The notes below the pieces were generated by a model that ran no database searches, was not told the origin of the DNA, and worked only from the letters and a program-made list of their open reading frames with translations. A program made the position numbers and the translations under genes. Below, piece after piece: positions 11,511-24,080 of a stretch of DNA of 64,000 bases; within the stretch, counting starts at the first letter, position 1, and each line of letters opens with the position of its first letter. This DNA comes from Novakomyces olei (lineage: Eukaryota), in the NCBI GenBank assembly GCA_016906335.1, contig JADEYG010000001.1, positions 744,001 through 808,000 on the forward strand, written 5' to 3'.

Positions 11511-12663
11511 TTTGGATAAGTCTGGAAAATCCACAAGCCTATGAGTGCGTTTTCATTTAAATAGTCTAGAGCTCGGTATAATCGGTCGGGCTTCGGCTTT
11601 GAATTCCCCCCGATTCCGAAATATAAGAGCGTCGGTCCCTATGAATTATTTGCCAGAGTGAGATTTTGTGAGAGCGCGCAGGGGTCTCCCTCTGCCTTAT
11701 CGCCGATAAAGCCCGAAGGCTGCCCAGTCGGGAGCAATTTTAAAGTTACGAATAAATATCGTTGGTCTTCCCAAGGGGCTGCGGTTATATAGGGTTTTCC
11801 CTGGACAAAAACGCCTTAGGGTTGTCGGGCAGATTGGCTGCTGCAACTGTTGACCGGGTCGGGTCGATCGACTGAGCTTGCTGGTAGCGCAGCCTCAGTG
11901 GGGCTTCGAACTTGACGATTTTGGCAAAACCAAAATCGACAAGCATCTGCTAGTCAGTTTCCAAGAATTTAGGCTTGACAAAAGAGCAAGTTAGAAGACC
12001 GAGAAGCAACTTTTCTGTTTACATTCTGTCGTCCGGTAGAATTAGCATTAGCGAGCTGAACGAGGCACACGTGGACCTCGTTGCAAAAGCTTTTCGCGAG
12101 ATCACCGCAGAAGATTAGGTGGATTCTCTTAATATATCCCAGTTCTAGCTATTGGGGCCTCTGTTTCGCATTTTCAATAGATATGCTATCTGACGTCATT
12201 TCATTGTATGCCGCGATAATTATCTCGAAAATATGGACACAGGTGCTAGAGCCCAATTCCTAACAAAACTCGGCCTCAGTCTCTATTTGCGCTGTCTTTG
12301 CGCGACATTCACCTTTTTGACGGCTCCATAATGTACCGCTCCTGGCATGCAGCCGCAATTACCCTGCTTCAGGCCACTTCTCGTTCCGCGTTATGACCAA
12401 TCTATGTTTCGTGCACACGTCACCTCGGCCCTACCCATCTCAAACTCCTAGTACTTGGTAGACACGTAATTCTAATAGCGATCCTCTCCATTGTCACTAC
12501 GGTCGTCCAAAATATGAATATCCGCTATAAATCATGGACTTTGCCACCTTTATACGCTCATCAAGGTCCTCTTCCGACAGTCCGAGCACTTCATTATCGA
12601 GCCTGTCGTCATATCTCGAATCCCCATTGGGAAAGAACACACGGCTATACATTCCCTGAACAA

Positions 12664-13502
12664 AATTAATTTCATTTCAGTTTACGGTTCTTTTTCTTCT
12701 TTGCCAATTTTTCAGCCTTGTAAGCATCTAGGAAACTACCACTGGCTTTTAAACGTTTTGCCTTTTTGCCAACCGAACCTTTGCCCTCGTACTCCTCGTC
12801 TTCGCTGGATGAAGAATGCTCGTTCCGTTCTTGAACAACCGGCTTTTCTATTGTAGAACGTATGCGTTTTTGCAGTGTTGGATTTAGCGATGCGTATGCC
12901 TTGTTTGCCGGATATTTGCTCGCCCTCGCTGTCAGATCCCTGTGCAATCCATGAAGAGACGATACTTCTTGTTACGCTCAACGACGCATCAATTTGTGCA
13001 GAGACTTTACAATTAGTTGAAGCTGTCAAAAAAGGCTTTATTCGTACTTTTCTTTGATTCTTCATAGTCGATCCTGGCGGCCATATACGCCGACAACCAA
13101 GATGAATTATTATGAATTATTATGAATTAAATTATGAATTAAATTATGAATATATTATGAATATATTATGAATATATTATGAATATATTATTACATTATG
13201 TAAGGCGTTTGCGTCGATATAAAAATCACCATTACGTATACCAAATAACCGTTCAGGATGACTTGTAAATAAGAATAGTATAGTGCCCTTATATAATATA
13301 CTACAATAAAAAGTTTACGGTATATAGTAAACGAAAAAATGGTAATATAATAAATTATTGTACACGGCGCGCGCGTTCCCGCGTTTTAGTGAAAATCTTA
13401 GTGCAATTAGTTTACGCATTTTTACTTTGAAATAATTCTGGGTTGCTTAATGTAATAAATACATTTCAAATTTATAGAGGTCCAAACCTTTACAGCACAG
13501 AT
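12664..13502. repeat. Direct segmental duplication, copy 2
   Basis: Matches 9400-10276 apart from substitutions, small indels, the 68-bp deletion and extra GAATATATTAT units. Confidence 0.97.
12672..13065 (-). pseudogene. Frameshifted second copy of the 9402-9869 gene
   Basis: A 68-bp deletion (equivalent to 9653-9720) splits the ORF into two frames. The stop also comes two codons earlier than in copy 1. Confidence 0.9.
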
Positions 13503-13537
13503 CCTTTCTTCGCGCGGATCCTTTCTACGCGCGCGCT

Positions 13538-16500
13538 ATGAGTCAGGAGGCGGTGATCGATAAAGACGCCTTTTACCGGCGCACGAAACTATTTCAAGAT
13601 GCGCTCAAGGTGTGAAATTTGAAACTGCCGTAACCTCCTCTGACTTTTTTAGGGCGAAAGCCAACGCGACTCTGAACGCGTACTCGCCGGTGTGGACGGA
13701 GTGCTGGTGATTATCGACCAGTCTAATGAAGAAAATCCGTATACCAAATCAGCCGCGTTGCATGTAAGCATCTATTTGGTTATGTTTCGATATTTTGACA
13801 CCCGTAGAATTGGTTCCTAGGCTACGAGTTCCCGCGTACAATAATGTACGTGTCGAAGGACAAGGTTTGCTTCCTCAGCAGCCCGAAAAAGAGTATGTGT
13901 CTCTATAGAAAAGATCGATTTGGAGTGTCACTAACTTTTCCAAAGTTGCCGTGCTTGAAGCACTGAAAAACGGGCCTGTTGACATTGAACTTTATACCCG
14001 TACAAAAGACGCGGACCACAATGATCAACAGTACGAAAGTTTACTGCAGGTTATTGCTGGCCAAGGTGTAGGTGTTGCATGGGGTTTTATTGCTTGTGTT
14101 TTGAGATCATCTTTGCTCTACTCTTTCGGCGTTTGTTTGATTCTTGTTGCGCATGGAATCATAGGACTATATACTGTTTTAGGCCAAGTTTCCGTTTGAC
14201 TTTGTTGGCTTTTCCGTGTTTTATAAATTTATTAATGCGCTTTTATGTATTTTTGATGTTTTCTCCTAAATTCTTTAGCTCTCGCTCTATCTGTTTATTT
14301 TTTAATTGCCCTCTTATCCTTATGGAGTCTAACTGATCAGAAACGTGTTGGTATATTTCCAAAAGATCAGGCGGTGGGTGCCATGTATGAGGAATGGAAG
14401 CCGCTGTACGAAAAGAAAGGATTCGAAGAGTCCGACGTCGGTCTCGGCGTAGCTGCACTTTTTGCTGTAAAAGACGAAGAAGAAGATAAGTGTGTGCGAC
14501 AGGCGGCCAAGGCGACTTCCTTTATGCTCACGAAGCCCTTTGTCAATGAAATGTCTCGTATTATTGACGATGGCAAGCGAGTCACTCATGCTTCCCTGTC
14601 AGAGACGATTGAGAGCAAACTGGAATCCCCCAATATCTTCTCTTCAAAATCGTTTAAGCCTGAGCCAGGTTTCGATTCTTCTGTACTGGATTGGTGCTAC
14701 ACACCTATTGTACAAAGCGGTGGAGTATACGATCTCAAACCTTCAGCTGCCTCTGATGAACGAAATTTACACAATGGTGTAATTGTAGCTGAATTGGGTC
14801 TTCGCTACAAATCATACTGTTCAAATATAGGCCGAACGTACCTGATTGACCCAAATTCGCACCAGGAGAAAACGTACGAGTTTCTGCTTTCGTTGCAAAA
14901 GAAAGTCGTCGAGTCGATGACTGATGGTGCAATTATCAGTGATATTTACAGTGGAGCATTGGGACAAATTCGTGCTAAAAAGCCCGAGTTGGAAGGCAAT
15001 TTTGTAAAAAATATCGGTTCAGCAATCGGCATCGAGTTTCGTGAAACGAGTCTTAACTTGAATGCCAAAAATGCGCGTAGCTTAAAGGCCGGCATGACTT
15101 TTACTTTGAGCCTCGGGTTTCAGGGAATCACGAACGCAAAGCCGCAAGACGCAAAGAGCAAAACGTACAGTTTGCTTCTAATTGACACTGTGGAAATCAG
15201 GAAAGACGGACCTGCCGCGCTTCTCACAGACTCTCCAAAGCAGCTCGGAGAGATTTCGTTCTGGTTCAACGAGGATGAGGAGGAAGAAGAGGAAGACGAT
15301 GAAGTAGAGGACTTCAAGGACACTAGCCGAAGGGCCAGTGGCCGGGCAGATCGTTCAGCGTCTGTAATAACAACGGGAAAACGTACAAGAAACGCGGAGA
15401 AAAAAGTAGATGAGTCGTCAGAGCAGCGAAGACGTGAGCACCAAAACGAGCTTGCAGCCAAAGTGCAGGAGGAAGGTATGAAAAGGTTTGAGAATGGTTC
15501 AACAGTCAGTAAAAGTGCGGAGACTCCAGTGTTCAAAAAGTACGAGTCTTATCGCCGGGAGACGCAGCTGCCCTCTGCGATTGCAGAGCTGCAAATCCTG
15601 ATTGATAACAAGGCCCAGTCGGTCATATTACCGATTGAGGGTCGCCCAGTTCCCTTCCACATTTCAACGCTAAAAAACGTGAGCAAAAACGATGAGGGTG
15701 ATTTTGTATTTTTACGATTTAATTTCGTATCGCCCGGTCAAGGGGTTGTCAAAAAAGACGAGCAGCTGTTTGATGATCCTAACGCCTCGTTTATCCGCAG
15801 TCTTACGTACAGAAGCCCCGATGTCGGCAGGGCGTCACACATATTCAGCGCCATTCAAGAGATGAAAAAGCTGGCTACAAAACGCGAAGCAGAGCGCAGA
15901 GAAATGGCGGATATTGTTGAGCAAGATAATCTGACCGAGATCAAAAACAGAAGGCCGCTAACCCTGACTGATGTCTATGCTAGGCCTGGCCTTGACGGGA
16001 AGCGGGTACCCGGCCAATTAGAAATCCATCAGAATGGTGTCCGTTACCAATCGCCATTGCGCTCAGACCACAGGATCGATATCCTGTTTAGCAATATGCG
16101 TCACCTGTTTTATCAGCCCTGTGATCATGAGCTAATTGTCATTATTCATATACATCTAAAGACACCCATACTTGTGGGCAAACGTAAAACTTACGATGTC
16201 CAAGTGTACAGGGAGGCCTCGGATGTGCAGTATGATGAGACGGGCAACAGAAAGCGTAAATACAGGTACGGAGACGAAGATGAATTGGAACAAGAACAGG
16301 AAGAGCGGAGACGCAGAGCGCAGCTAAACAAAGAGTTTCGTAATTTTAGTGAGAAAATTGCTGAAGCTTCTGATGGCAAAGTTGATGTGGATATTCCGTT
16401 TCGTGAATTGGCGTTTTCTGGAGTTCCTTTCCGTGGAAACGTATTGCTCCAGCCGACCACAGAGTGCCTTGTCCAGCTTGTCGATCCGCCTTTCACTGTA

Positions 16501-17104
16501 ATCACACTGGGCGAAGTTGAAATAGCTCATCTGGAACGTGTGCAGTTTGGTTTGAAAAACTTTGATCTCGTCTTTATCCTCAAGGATTACAAAAAGCCTC
16601 CCATTCACGTAAATACTATCCCGGTTCAGCAGCTGGAAAGTGTCAAAGATTGGCTGGATTCTGTGGATATTCCCTTCTCTGAGGGCCCCTTGAACTTGAA
16701 CTGGACTCTTATTATGAAGACAGTGAATGAAGATCCCGCCGAGTTTTTCCGTGGTGGAGGCTGGGAGTTTCTGTCCAGTAACTCTGAGCAGAATAGTGAA
16801 GACAGTGAAGAGGCAGAGAGCGAGTTTGAGGCAAGTGGCAGCGATTTTGCCGATGAAAGCAGTGATGACGACGGGAGCGCTTTTGATGAAGGCGCTAGTG
16901 ACGATTCTGGGTCCGGGTTCGACGAGGATGAAGAGTCTGGTGAAGATTGGGACGAATTGGAGGCAAAGGCGAAGAAGGGTAAGTTAATTCACTCTAGAAG
17001 AATACAAGGAACATTAAAAGGGTTCAAGGTTCGTATTTGCTAACATTTGTATAGCTGATTCTCGACAAGCGGATGAAGATCGGCCAAAGAAGCGTCGGAA
17101 GTAG
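13538..17104 (+). CDS. SPT16: FACT complex subunit Spt16
   Basis: [49 protein letters not shown], acidic tail ending WDELE; several 5' introns and one 3' intron. Confidence 0.98.
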
Positions 17105-17764
17105 AAAAGTACTATGCCAGCGTACGTGACTGAATGAAGCTTATTGTATTCAATTATTTGTTTATTACATGTCTGCTTGCTGCCTAAAACAAGACGTCTA
17201 ATTAGACGTGTATGGAAAAAAGGTATATAGGAGCCCAGCTTGTACCGTAGTATGACACATGCATCTCTGGTAGGATGCGTGGCTTACAAGGCATCGAGTA
17301 ACACTGATAATTTATATAAAACGGTATTGCAATTGTAAAACAATCGATTCTGTCGCTGCAGCCTTAGTCCACACGCGTAGCTAATCTTCGACATTATGGC
17401 GCTGTACGTAAATCACAATCCGCAAAAAAATTTATATCTAGATTTTCTGCACCACAATTCAAGCGTACCTTACACGCATCTTTTAACCCTAACCCTAACA
17501 TTAGCCTAACTCTGATCTATCCACAATTCTACTAACCCTAATTATATTGTATCCTCAGCACAAGCCTCGTCAGTTACACGAATTACTTGAACCGCGCCTA
17601 TTAACTGTCGCATTCTTTACACCGAGTGCGACGTGTCGGGGCCGGAGGGTTACTTGTGTGCCTCGTGCCGCGCTCGATACGGTAAGCGAGAGTATATAAC
17701 ACGCGATCCCATCCGACGGCGATGACGCGCTCCGTAAAGTGGACTGGAAGCGACTCTGTCAGAA

Positions 17765-18542
17765 ATGCCGCCTTACCAGGTGAAAGAAGGTACGAGCCGG
17801 TTTTTTAAAGTATCCTGCGGCTAATATGCAAAGGTCTTCCGGACGGTTGGATTGCCCAGGTAACTATTTAATCCTTTTCATTTCGAAAAAATGATGGGAC
17901 GAGATGAAGTTTGATAAACGGATCTGATAATGTTTTACTACAATATGCGAGTCGCTAACACGGCAATGTAGTGGGAACCAACACACCAAACGTACTTTTA
18001 CGTGAACGAGAAATCGGCCGACAAAAAATCACAATGGGACCATCCTGGAGGTAAGCGCTCTTTTATGGTTATTCTTGTGCTCACCACCCTGTAAAGGACC
18101 CAGCGGGAAAGTTCCTCCTCCGCCTTATAACGCGCAGCCGCCTCCAAATCAGCAGCGGTACCCTCCTCAACAGCAAGGCCCTTATCAACAAGGACCTTAT
18201 CAACAAGGTCCCTACCCGTCAGGCCAGCAGCCTTATCCTCAGCAGTACCAGCAGTACCCTCAGCAGTACCAGCAGTACCCTCAGCAGTATCAGCAGTACC
18301 CTCAGGCTGCCCAAAACAATCCTGGACGTGGCCGTTTTGGTGGTGGAGGTATGGGAGGTATGGGAATGGGTGTGCCTCTGGCTCTTGGTGGAGGTCTTTT
18401 GGCGGGCGGCCTTCTTGGCTCTGCCATGGAAAGCCACCACGACGACTACAATGACGGGTATGGTGCCGGGTACGATGACGGTGCAAACAATGATGGCGGC
18501 TATGACGGTGGTGGGGGCGATTTCGGTGGGGGCGACTTTTAG
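17765..18542 (+). CDS. WW-domain protein with Q/P/Y- and Gly-rich tail (Wwm1-like)
   Basis: Spliced [23 protein letters not shown]...SQWDHP is a WW domain, followed by PPPPY, QQYP repeats and GGLLAGGLLG...GGGDF. Confidence 0.85.
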
Positions 18543-19212
18543 TGAGGCGACTACCGTTTGATCTGATTTCTTTCCGCAATGTACATTGTAGCTCGCGCTA
18601 TCGATGTGCATTGTTTACAAGCACCAATCATCAACGGTGCGCGACCAATTCGACGATTGGTGTGTATTGTTTGCCTCTGATTGACGGCAAACAGAGTCGC
18701 TAATACTGTATATTAATTGTATATTGTATGTATGTGCATGTCCGTATTATTTCATATATTATTGTATATTCCATATATTATACGATATTCCATATATTAT
18801 ACGATATTCCATTTATTATTGTATATTGTATTATCCATATATTAATCATCATGGCTGAATAAATTCAACTTGGCACGTAAAAATTGCATTAATGAATCGT
18901 ACTCCACATATTAATTATCCAGAGAGGATTTATAATCTCCTTTTCATGGAGTGGTAATGTGCATAATTTATCGTATATAACACAAACCGTATAGAAAAGC
19001 ACCGTATACGAAATATTATTAATTTGATTTAAAATACTTCTTTCCACGTATGGCCCGTCGGTTTTGTGTGTACATCTGTTTTACTTTAAAATAATAAATC
19101 TCAAACGGAGCCAATAGCGCAAAGAAAGGCATCGGCTCTCGTGTTTGTGGGAACAGCACGCGGCTAATACGCAATTAGTACTTTGCCGCGCTCGCTTCCA
19201 CTCACGACAAAT

Positions 19213-20783
19213 ATGGTGGAAAAGTCGCGTCAGCCGGTAAGTCTAGCTCCGCTTTTCGCTGTGCAGGACTGCTCTTCTTTCTCAAGATCTGCGGCCTCCG
19301 CCGGCACAAGCCAGCCCTTGCATATTAGCATATACTAACCTCAATAGCCCAATACTGCATTCAGGCAGCAGCGTCTCAAAGCATGGCAGCCTATCTTGAC
19401 GCCTCGATCCGTGCTTCCTCTGCTTTTTGCTCTTGGCGTGATATTTGCGCCGCTCGGAGGCGGGCTCCTCTTTGCCAGTAGACAGGTTGGTGACTTGACA
19501 AGATTGTAGAGGCCTCTACACTATGGAGCCGATGAGCGACAGATGACAAAAATTTCGTTAAATAATAAATTGCCTCTACTATCTTTTCCACACAGTTTGT
19601 TGTTTATTTACCTAATGCCCAGGTTCAAGAGATTACTATCGACTACTCGCGCTGCGCCCAGCTGGCTACTGCCGACTACGAATCAATCCCGACTAATCTG
19701 GTCACGTACAATTTCCATACAAATACAAGTTCGAATCAGCAACCGGCAGTTTCATGGAGAACGCAGACCAACGAGACCACGGGTCGTCCTGTATGTTCTC
19801 TCATGTTTACGATCCCGACCGACCTGCACCCAACTGTGTTTTTGTACTACAAACTGACCAACTTCTACCAAAACCACCGTCGCTATGTCAATAGTATCTG
19901 GGAGGATCAGCTGGGTGGACAGGCTGTTCCTCCAAACGAGCTTACTGGTCAGGACCGGTGCGATCCTTTGGCCATTGCTCCGAGTGGACGAGCGTACTAT
20001 CCTTGCGGGCTTATCGCCAACTCTTTATTCAATGGTAAGATAGACAATTATATATACCTTTATTTATTTTTATTATTTATCTTTTTTTTTAATTCTATTC
20101 TATTTTGCTTTACTCTACTTTACTTTACTTTAGCATTTGTCATTGCTAATTTCAGACACCTTCCACCCTCCACGGCTTTTGAACGCGCGTGGGAGCTCAG
20201 GCTCGGCTATCACTTACAACATGACTGATCGAAATATCGCCTGGGCAAGCGATTTGACGCGTTTCCAAAGGACTCAGTATACCGCTTCTCAAATTGAACC
20301 GCCTCCGAATTGGGCGCTCAAGTATCCAAACGGGTACACTGACGACAATATACCCAATTTGCATGAATGGGAGGCTTTGATGAATTGGATGCGGACAGCT
20401 GGCCTGCCGACATTCAGCAAATTAGCGTTGCGTAACGATAACGAAATTATGGCTGCGGGAACTTATTCCATGGACATTGAAGACAGTAAGTTTTGTCAAT
20501 GTGAAGGGCTAATTTAATTCAAGACTTTAACGTTTTATCATACGACGGCACAAAGTCTATACTCATCTCGACCGTTACAGTTATCGGTGGGAGAAACGAC
20601 TTTTTGGGTGTTGCTTATATCGTTGTTGGTGGGCTTTGTGTAGTCTTGGGACTCGTTTTCCTTCTGAGGCACGTGATCAAGCCTCGGAAACTCGGAGACC
20701 ATCGTTACCTTACATGGAACGAAAACAGTACGCCTGGACGGCGAAAGAGCTCAACCGTTCCCTCGATCGAACGGCCTAGTTAG
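19213..20783 (+). CDS. CDC50: CDC50/LEM3 family phospholipid flippase beta subunit
   Basis: [70 protein letters not shown]; four introns. Confidence 0.95.
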
Positions 20784-20867
20784 TTGTGGGGTTTGTATAA
20801 TGAATTGGATGGAGTGCTTCTAGTAATATAACTTGAATATAAAATGGTGCGGGTGCAATGCTCTGGA

Positions 20868-21338
20868 CTATAATGCAGCTGTGCCAATACACTCCCAGGA
20901 CTCTAGTTGAACAGGCTCAGGAGCGGGTAATACTCCCAGCTCTAAGAGACAGCAGGCCAGTAAATGCATACATGTGTGAGGCATTTCTTCCCGTGAGACT
21001 CCGCCAAATATTGTACAGCTGCCATCGTAGAATACCTGTTCTTCATCAACTGGCAAACTGCCGTCTGCGCACGTACAATGCCACGCGTTAACGCGTACCT
21101 GCAATTCTGAACGATCCGTCAAAGACGCGTTGCCCCGACGACGCGGCAAAGTCACATTGTAGAGGTGCGTCGGCTCGCCTGCTACAAGGACTCGTCTGGC
21201 AGCTTCACGGTCGATCAAGTCCAGTGCGGATAGTAGAACATTGCCAAATAAATCGTGCAGCGAAAGGTACAAGTCGCGCTCTTTGGCCGTGTCATGCTCT
21301 GATAGACGGGACAGAATCAAATCTACCATTCGCCTCAT
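20868..21338 (-). CDS. SWS1: SWIM zinc-finger protein Sws1/ZSWIM7 (Shu complex); start uncertain
   Basis: LHDLFGNVLLSALDLID and WHCTC...CMHLLA, the CxCxnCxH SWIM motif. Confidence 0.8.
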   Translation of the reverse strand: MRRMVDLILSRLSEHDTAKERDLYLSLHDLFGNVLLSALDLIDREAARRVLVAGEPTHLYNVTLPRRRGNASLTDRSELQVRVNAWHCTCADGSLPVDEEQVFYDGSCTIFGGVSREEMPHTCMHLLACCLLELGVLPAPEPVQLESWECIGTAAL

Positions 21339-21575
21339 ATCAAAAGGCAATAAATAGATCGAAGTGGTCCAATACACTCGTTCCCATAGCGTGTCTACTG
21401 TCTTTTTAGCGGCTCTTGCTGGCGTTTGGCAGTCAGTATCGGCAAACCAATGGTTGAGTGAAACAATGGTGAACAGAATTAACAATATGTTTAATTGATT
21501 GTCTGTTCAATCGTTGCGTAATCGTCTCGTCTGTCGCCTCTAGAAATGACGACGTTTATACTAATCGACATAATA

Positions 21576-21608
<33 letters not shown>

Positions 21609-21648
21609 TAATAATAATGGCATATTAGTCATGTAATGAGTATCATGC

Positions 21649-21738
21649 ACGCGTTTGCTAAGTGGCCCACAGTTTTTATTTATTTTATATATAAAGAGGA
21701 ACGTAAACAATACACTTTTATCGAGATTTAAGGACGCG
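21649..21738. promoter_or_regulatory. Two MCB-type ACGCGT sites in the SWS1/cdc2 divergent promoter
   Basis: ACGCGT at ~21649 and ~21733. Confidence 0.5.
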
Positions 21739-21838
21739 TGGTTGATAGTGCAAAGACGCACGGAACGCTAACAGCACTTCAAAAGTCTCTTTGTGTGCTC
21801 AAGTCTAAAGGCCATTGATAAAAAAGATCGAAAAAAAG

Positions 21839-23132
21839 ATGGACGACTATCAGCGTATCGAGAAGATTGGCGAAGGTAGGGAACCGTGTTGACTGCACAA
21901 AAAAAGCCTTTATAGCAATGTTCTCACAAGGTATAGGAACGTATGGTGTAGTATACAAGGCAAAGCAGCGTACGACTGGCCGTATTGTTGCTATGAAAAA
22001 GATTCGTCTAGAAGACGAGAGCGAAGGTGTTCCGAGTACAGCAATTCGTGAAATTTCACTTCTAAAGGAAGTTAATGATGAACGCAATCAGTCTAATTGT
22101 GTAAAGTAAGCTTCAATCCTTTTCACTTACATTATGCGAAAGCGATTTACAATGGACAAAATTTAACGCGTAGATTGTTGGATATTTTGCACGTGGAGGC
22201 GCGTCTGTACCTCGTGTTTGAGTTTCTCGATATGGACTTGAAAAAGTATATGGATAAACTGCCCAAAAAGACAATTCTTGATCCTGCGCTTGTTAAAAAG
22301 TTTACTTATCAGCTCGTTAATGGTACGATTTACCGATCGCTACAGGTGCTAATCGCAGGCGTTAATTTTTGTCATTCGCACCGTATTATTCACCGAGACT
22401 TAAAGCCCCAGAATCTCCTGATCGACAAGGAGGGAAACCTCAAATTGGCTGATTTTGGATTAGCTCGAAGCTTTGGTGTTCCTCTTCGGAATTATACTCA
22501 CGAGGTTTGTGATTTGGAGTATTTTTATTTTCATTCAAATTTTATTTATTTATTTATTGTTTCTTTCTTTATTTGTTTTGTTTTAATTTTGTTTTGGTTT
22601 TTGCATAATATTAAATGGCTTTTTAAAATCCTTCTGTGATACTCACGAGACTAGATTGTCACATTATGGTATCGTGCACCTGAAGTTCTTCTTGGATCGA
22701 GACACTATTCTACCGGCGTGGACATGTGGTCTGTAGGCTGCATTTTTGCCGAAATGATATGTCGCAGCCCATTGTTCCCCGGTGATTCTGAAATTGATGA
22801 AATATTCAAAATCTTCCAAGTTTTGGGCACACCTGACGAGGAGGAATGGCCAGGCGTTTCGACGTTGCAGGACTTTAAGACCACTTTTCCGCATTGGCGC
22901 AAAGTTGATCTTGCCTCTATTGTTCCTGCTGAACAAAATGCTATTGATTTGCTTCAGGTATGACATCTGCCCCAGCGACGCGTCTTTGTTGAAATAATTA
23001 ATTCCATCGTTTGGTTCAATTCTAACTGCCTAGGATCTGCTTGTTTATGATCCTGCTGCACGTATTTCAGCCAAGCGCGCTCTGAAGTCTCCCTATTTGC
23101 AGCAGAATTCAGTGTACGTGGAGGCGTTTTGA
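21839..23132 (+). CDS. cdc2: Cyclin-dependent kinase 1
   Basis: [43 protein letters not shown]; five introns. The EVNDE..xSNCV segment resembles S. pombe Cdc2. Confidence 0.98.
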
Positions 23133-23629
23133 AACCAAAAAAAGGTGTCCTAGACATTCCTCTAGTCAGTCATTCCTATATGGGCTCGCTTTTTATGTTT
23201 TCTTTATTTTATTTATAATTTTTTTCGCGTTCAGGTTTTCATTCAATATTTAAACGGGGGTTGCATAAGGCTGCATGTCTCCGCAATCAACCATTCAAAT
23301 ATAGACTTTGGTCGTTTCGCAGAGTATGTTGGAGGAAAAATTAATGAAACTTATCCACTATTACGTTAGCTTTCTCTGTATTATTCTGGTCATATGCTTG
23401 TCCAGGTCTTTAAAGTCGGTTGAACTAAGTGTGCGTAATCCATGGCTCTACATATCGCGCACCTACTTGGCCTATGCTTTATTTTGCCATGGACTGCTTA
23501 AAACACGAATTACGGCACATAGTGAGATGACGGTAAACAATATTTGTCCAGTATATAATTTGTGGCGCTGTGCCATATATATGAGTAATGGTTACATGTG
23601 GAGCATCGCGTTAAATTTATATTCCTCAG

Positions 23630-23923
23630 TTTATTCATTTATTCATTTATTCATTTATTCATTTATTCATTTATTCATTTATTCATTTATTCATTTATTC
23701 ATTTATTCATTTATTCATTTATTCATTTATTCATTTATTCATTTATTCATTTATTCATTTATTCATTTATTCATTTATTCATTTATTCATTTATTCATTT
23801 ATTCATTTATTCATTTATTCATTTATTCATTTATTCATTTATTCATTTATTCATTTATTCATTTATTCATTTATTCATTTATTCATTTATTCATTTATTC
23901 ATTTATTCATTTATTCATTTATT
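23630..23923. repeat. (TTTATTCA)n microsatellite, ~36 units
   Basis: Perfect 8-mer tandem array. Confidence 0.99.
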
Positions 23924-24080
23924 TCTTTTCTTTTTCTTTTATTAGCTGGCTTATATACATATAAAAAAATGTATTCACGATACACGGGTGCTCTGAATCA
24001 GAAGCACTGTACACTCCACAGTCTTATCATACTCAAGCCAATTGGGTTCTGTTTACGGAGTCCGGCCAGAAGGAGGCAAG

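Noticed and set aside
9400-13502. LTR retrotransposon interpretation of the long direct repeats
   Set aside because: The repeats are a host gene plus promoter, lack TG...CA ends, and no gag/pol, PBS or PPT was found inside.
23308-23964. 218-aa and 115-aa ORFs (FIHLFIYS repeats)
   Set aside because: Translation artefacts of the TTTATTCA microsatellite. The same applies to 46111-46575, 43162-43494 and 61763-61972.
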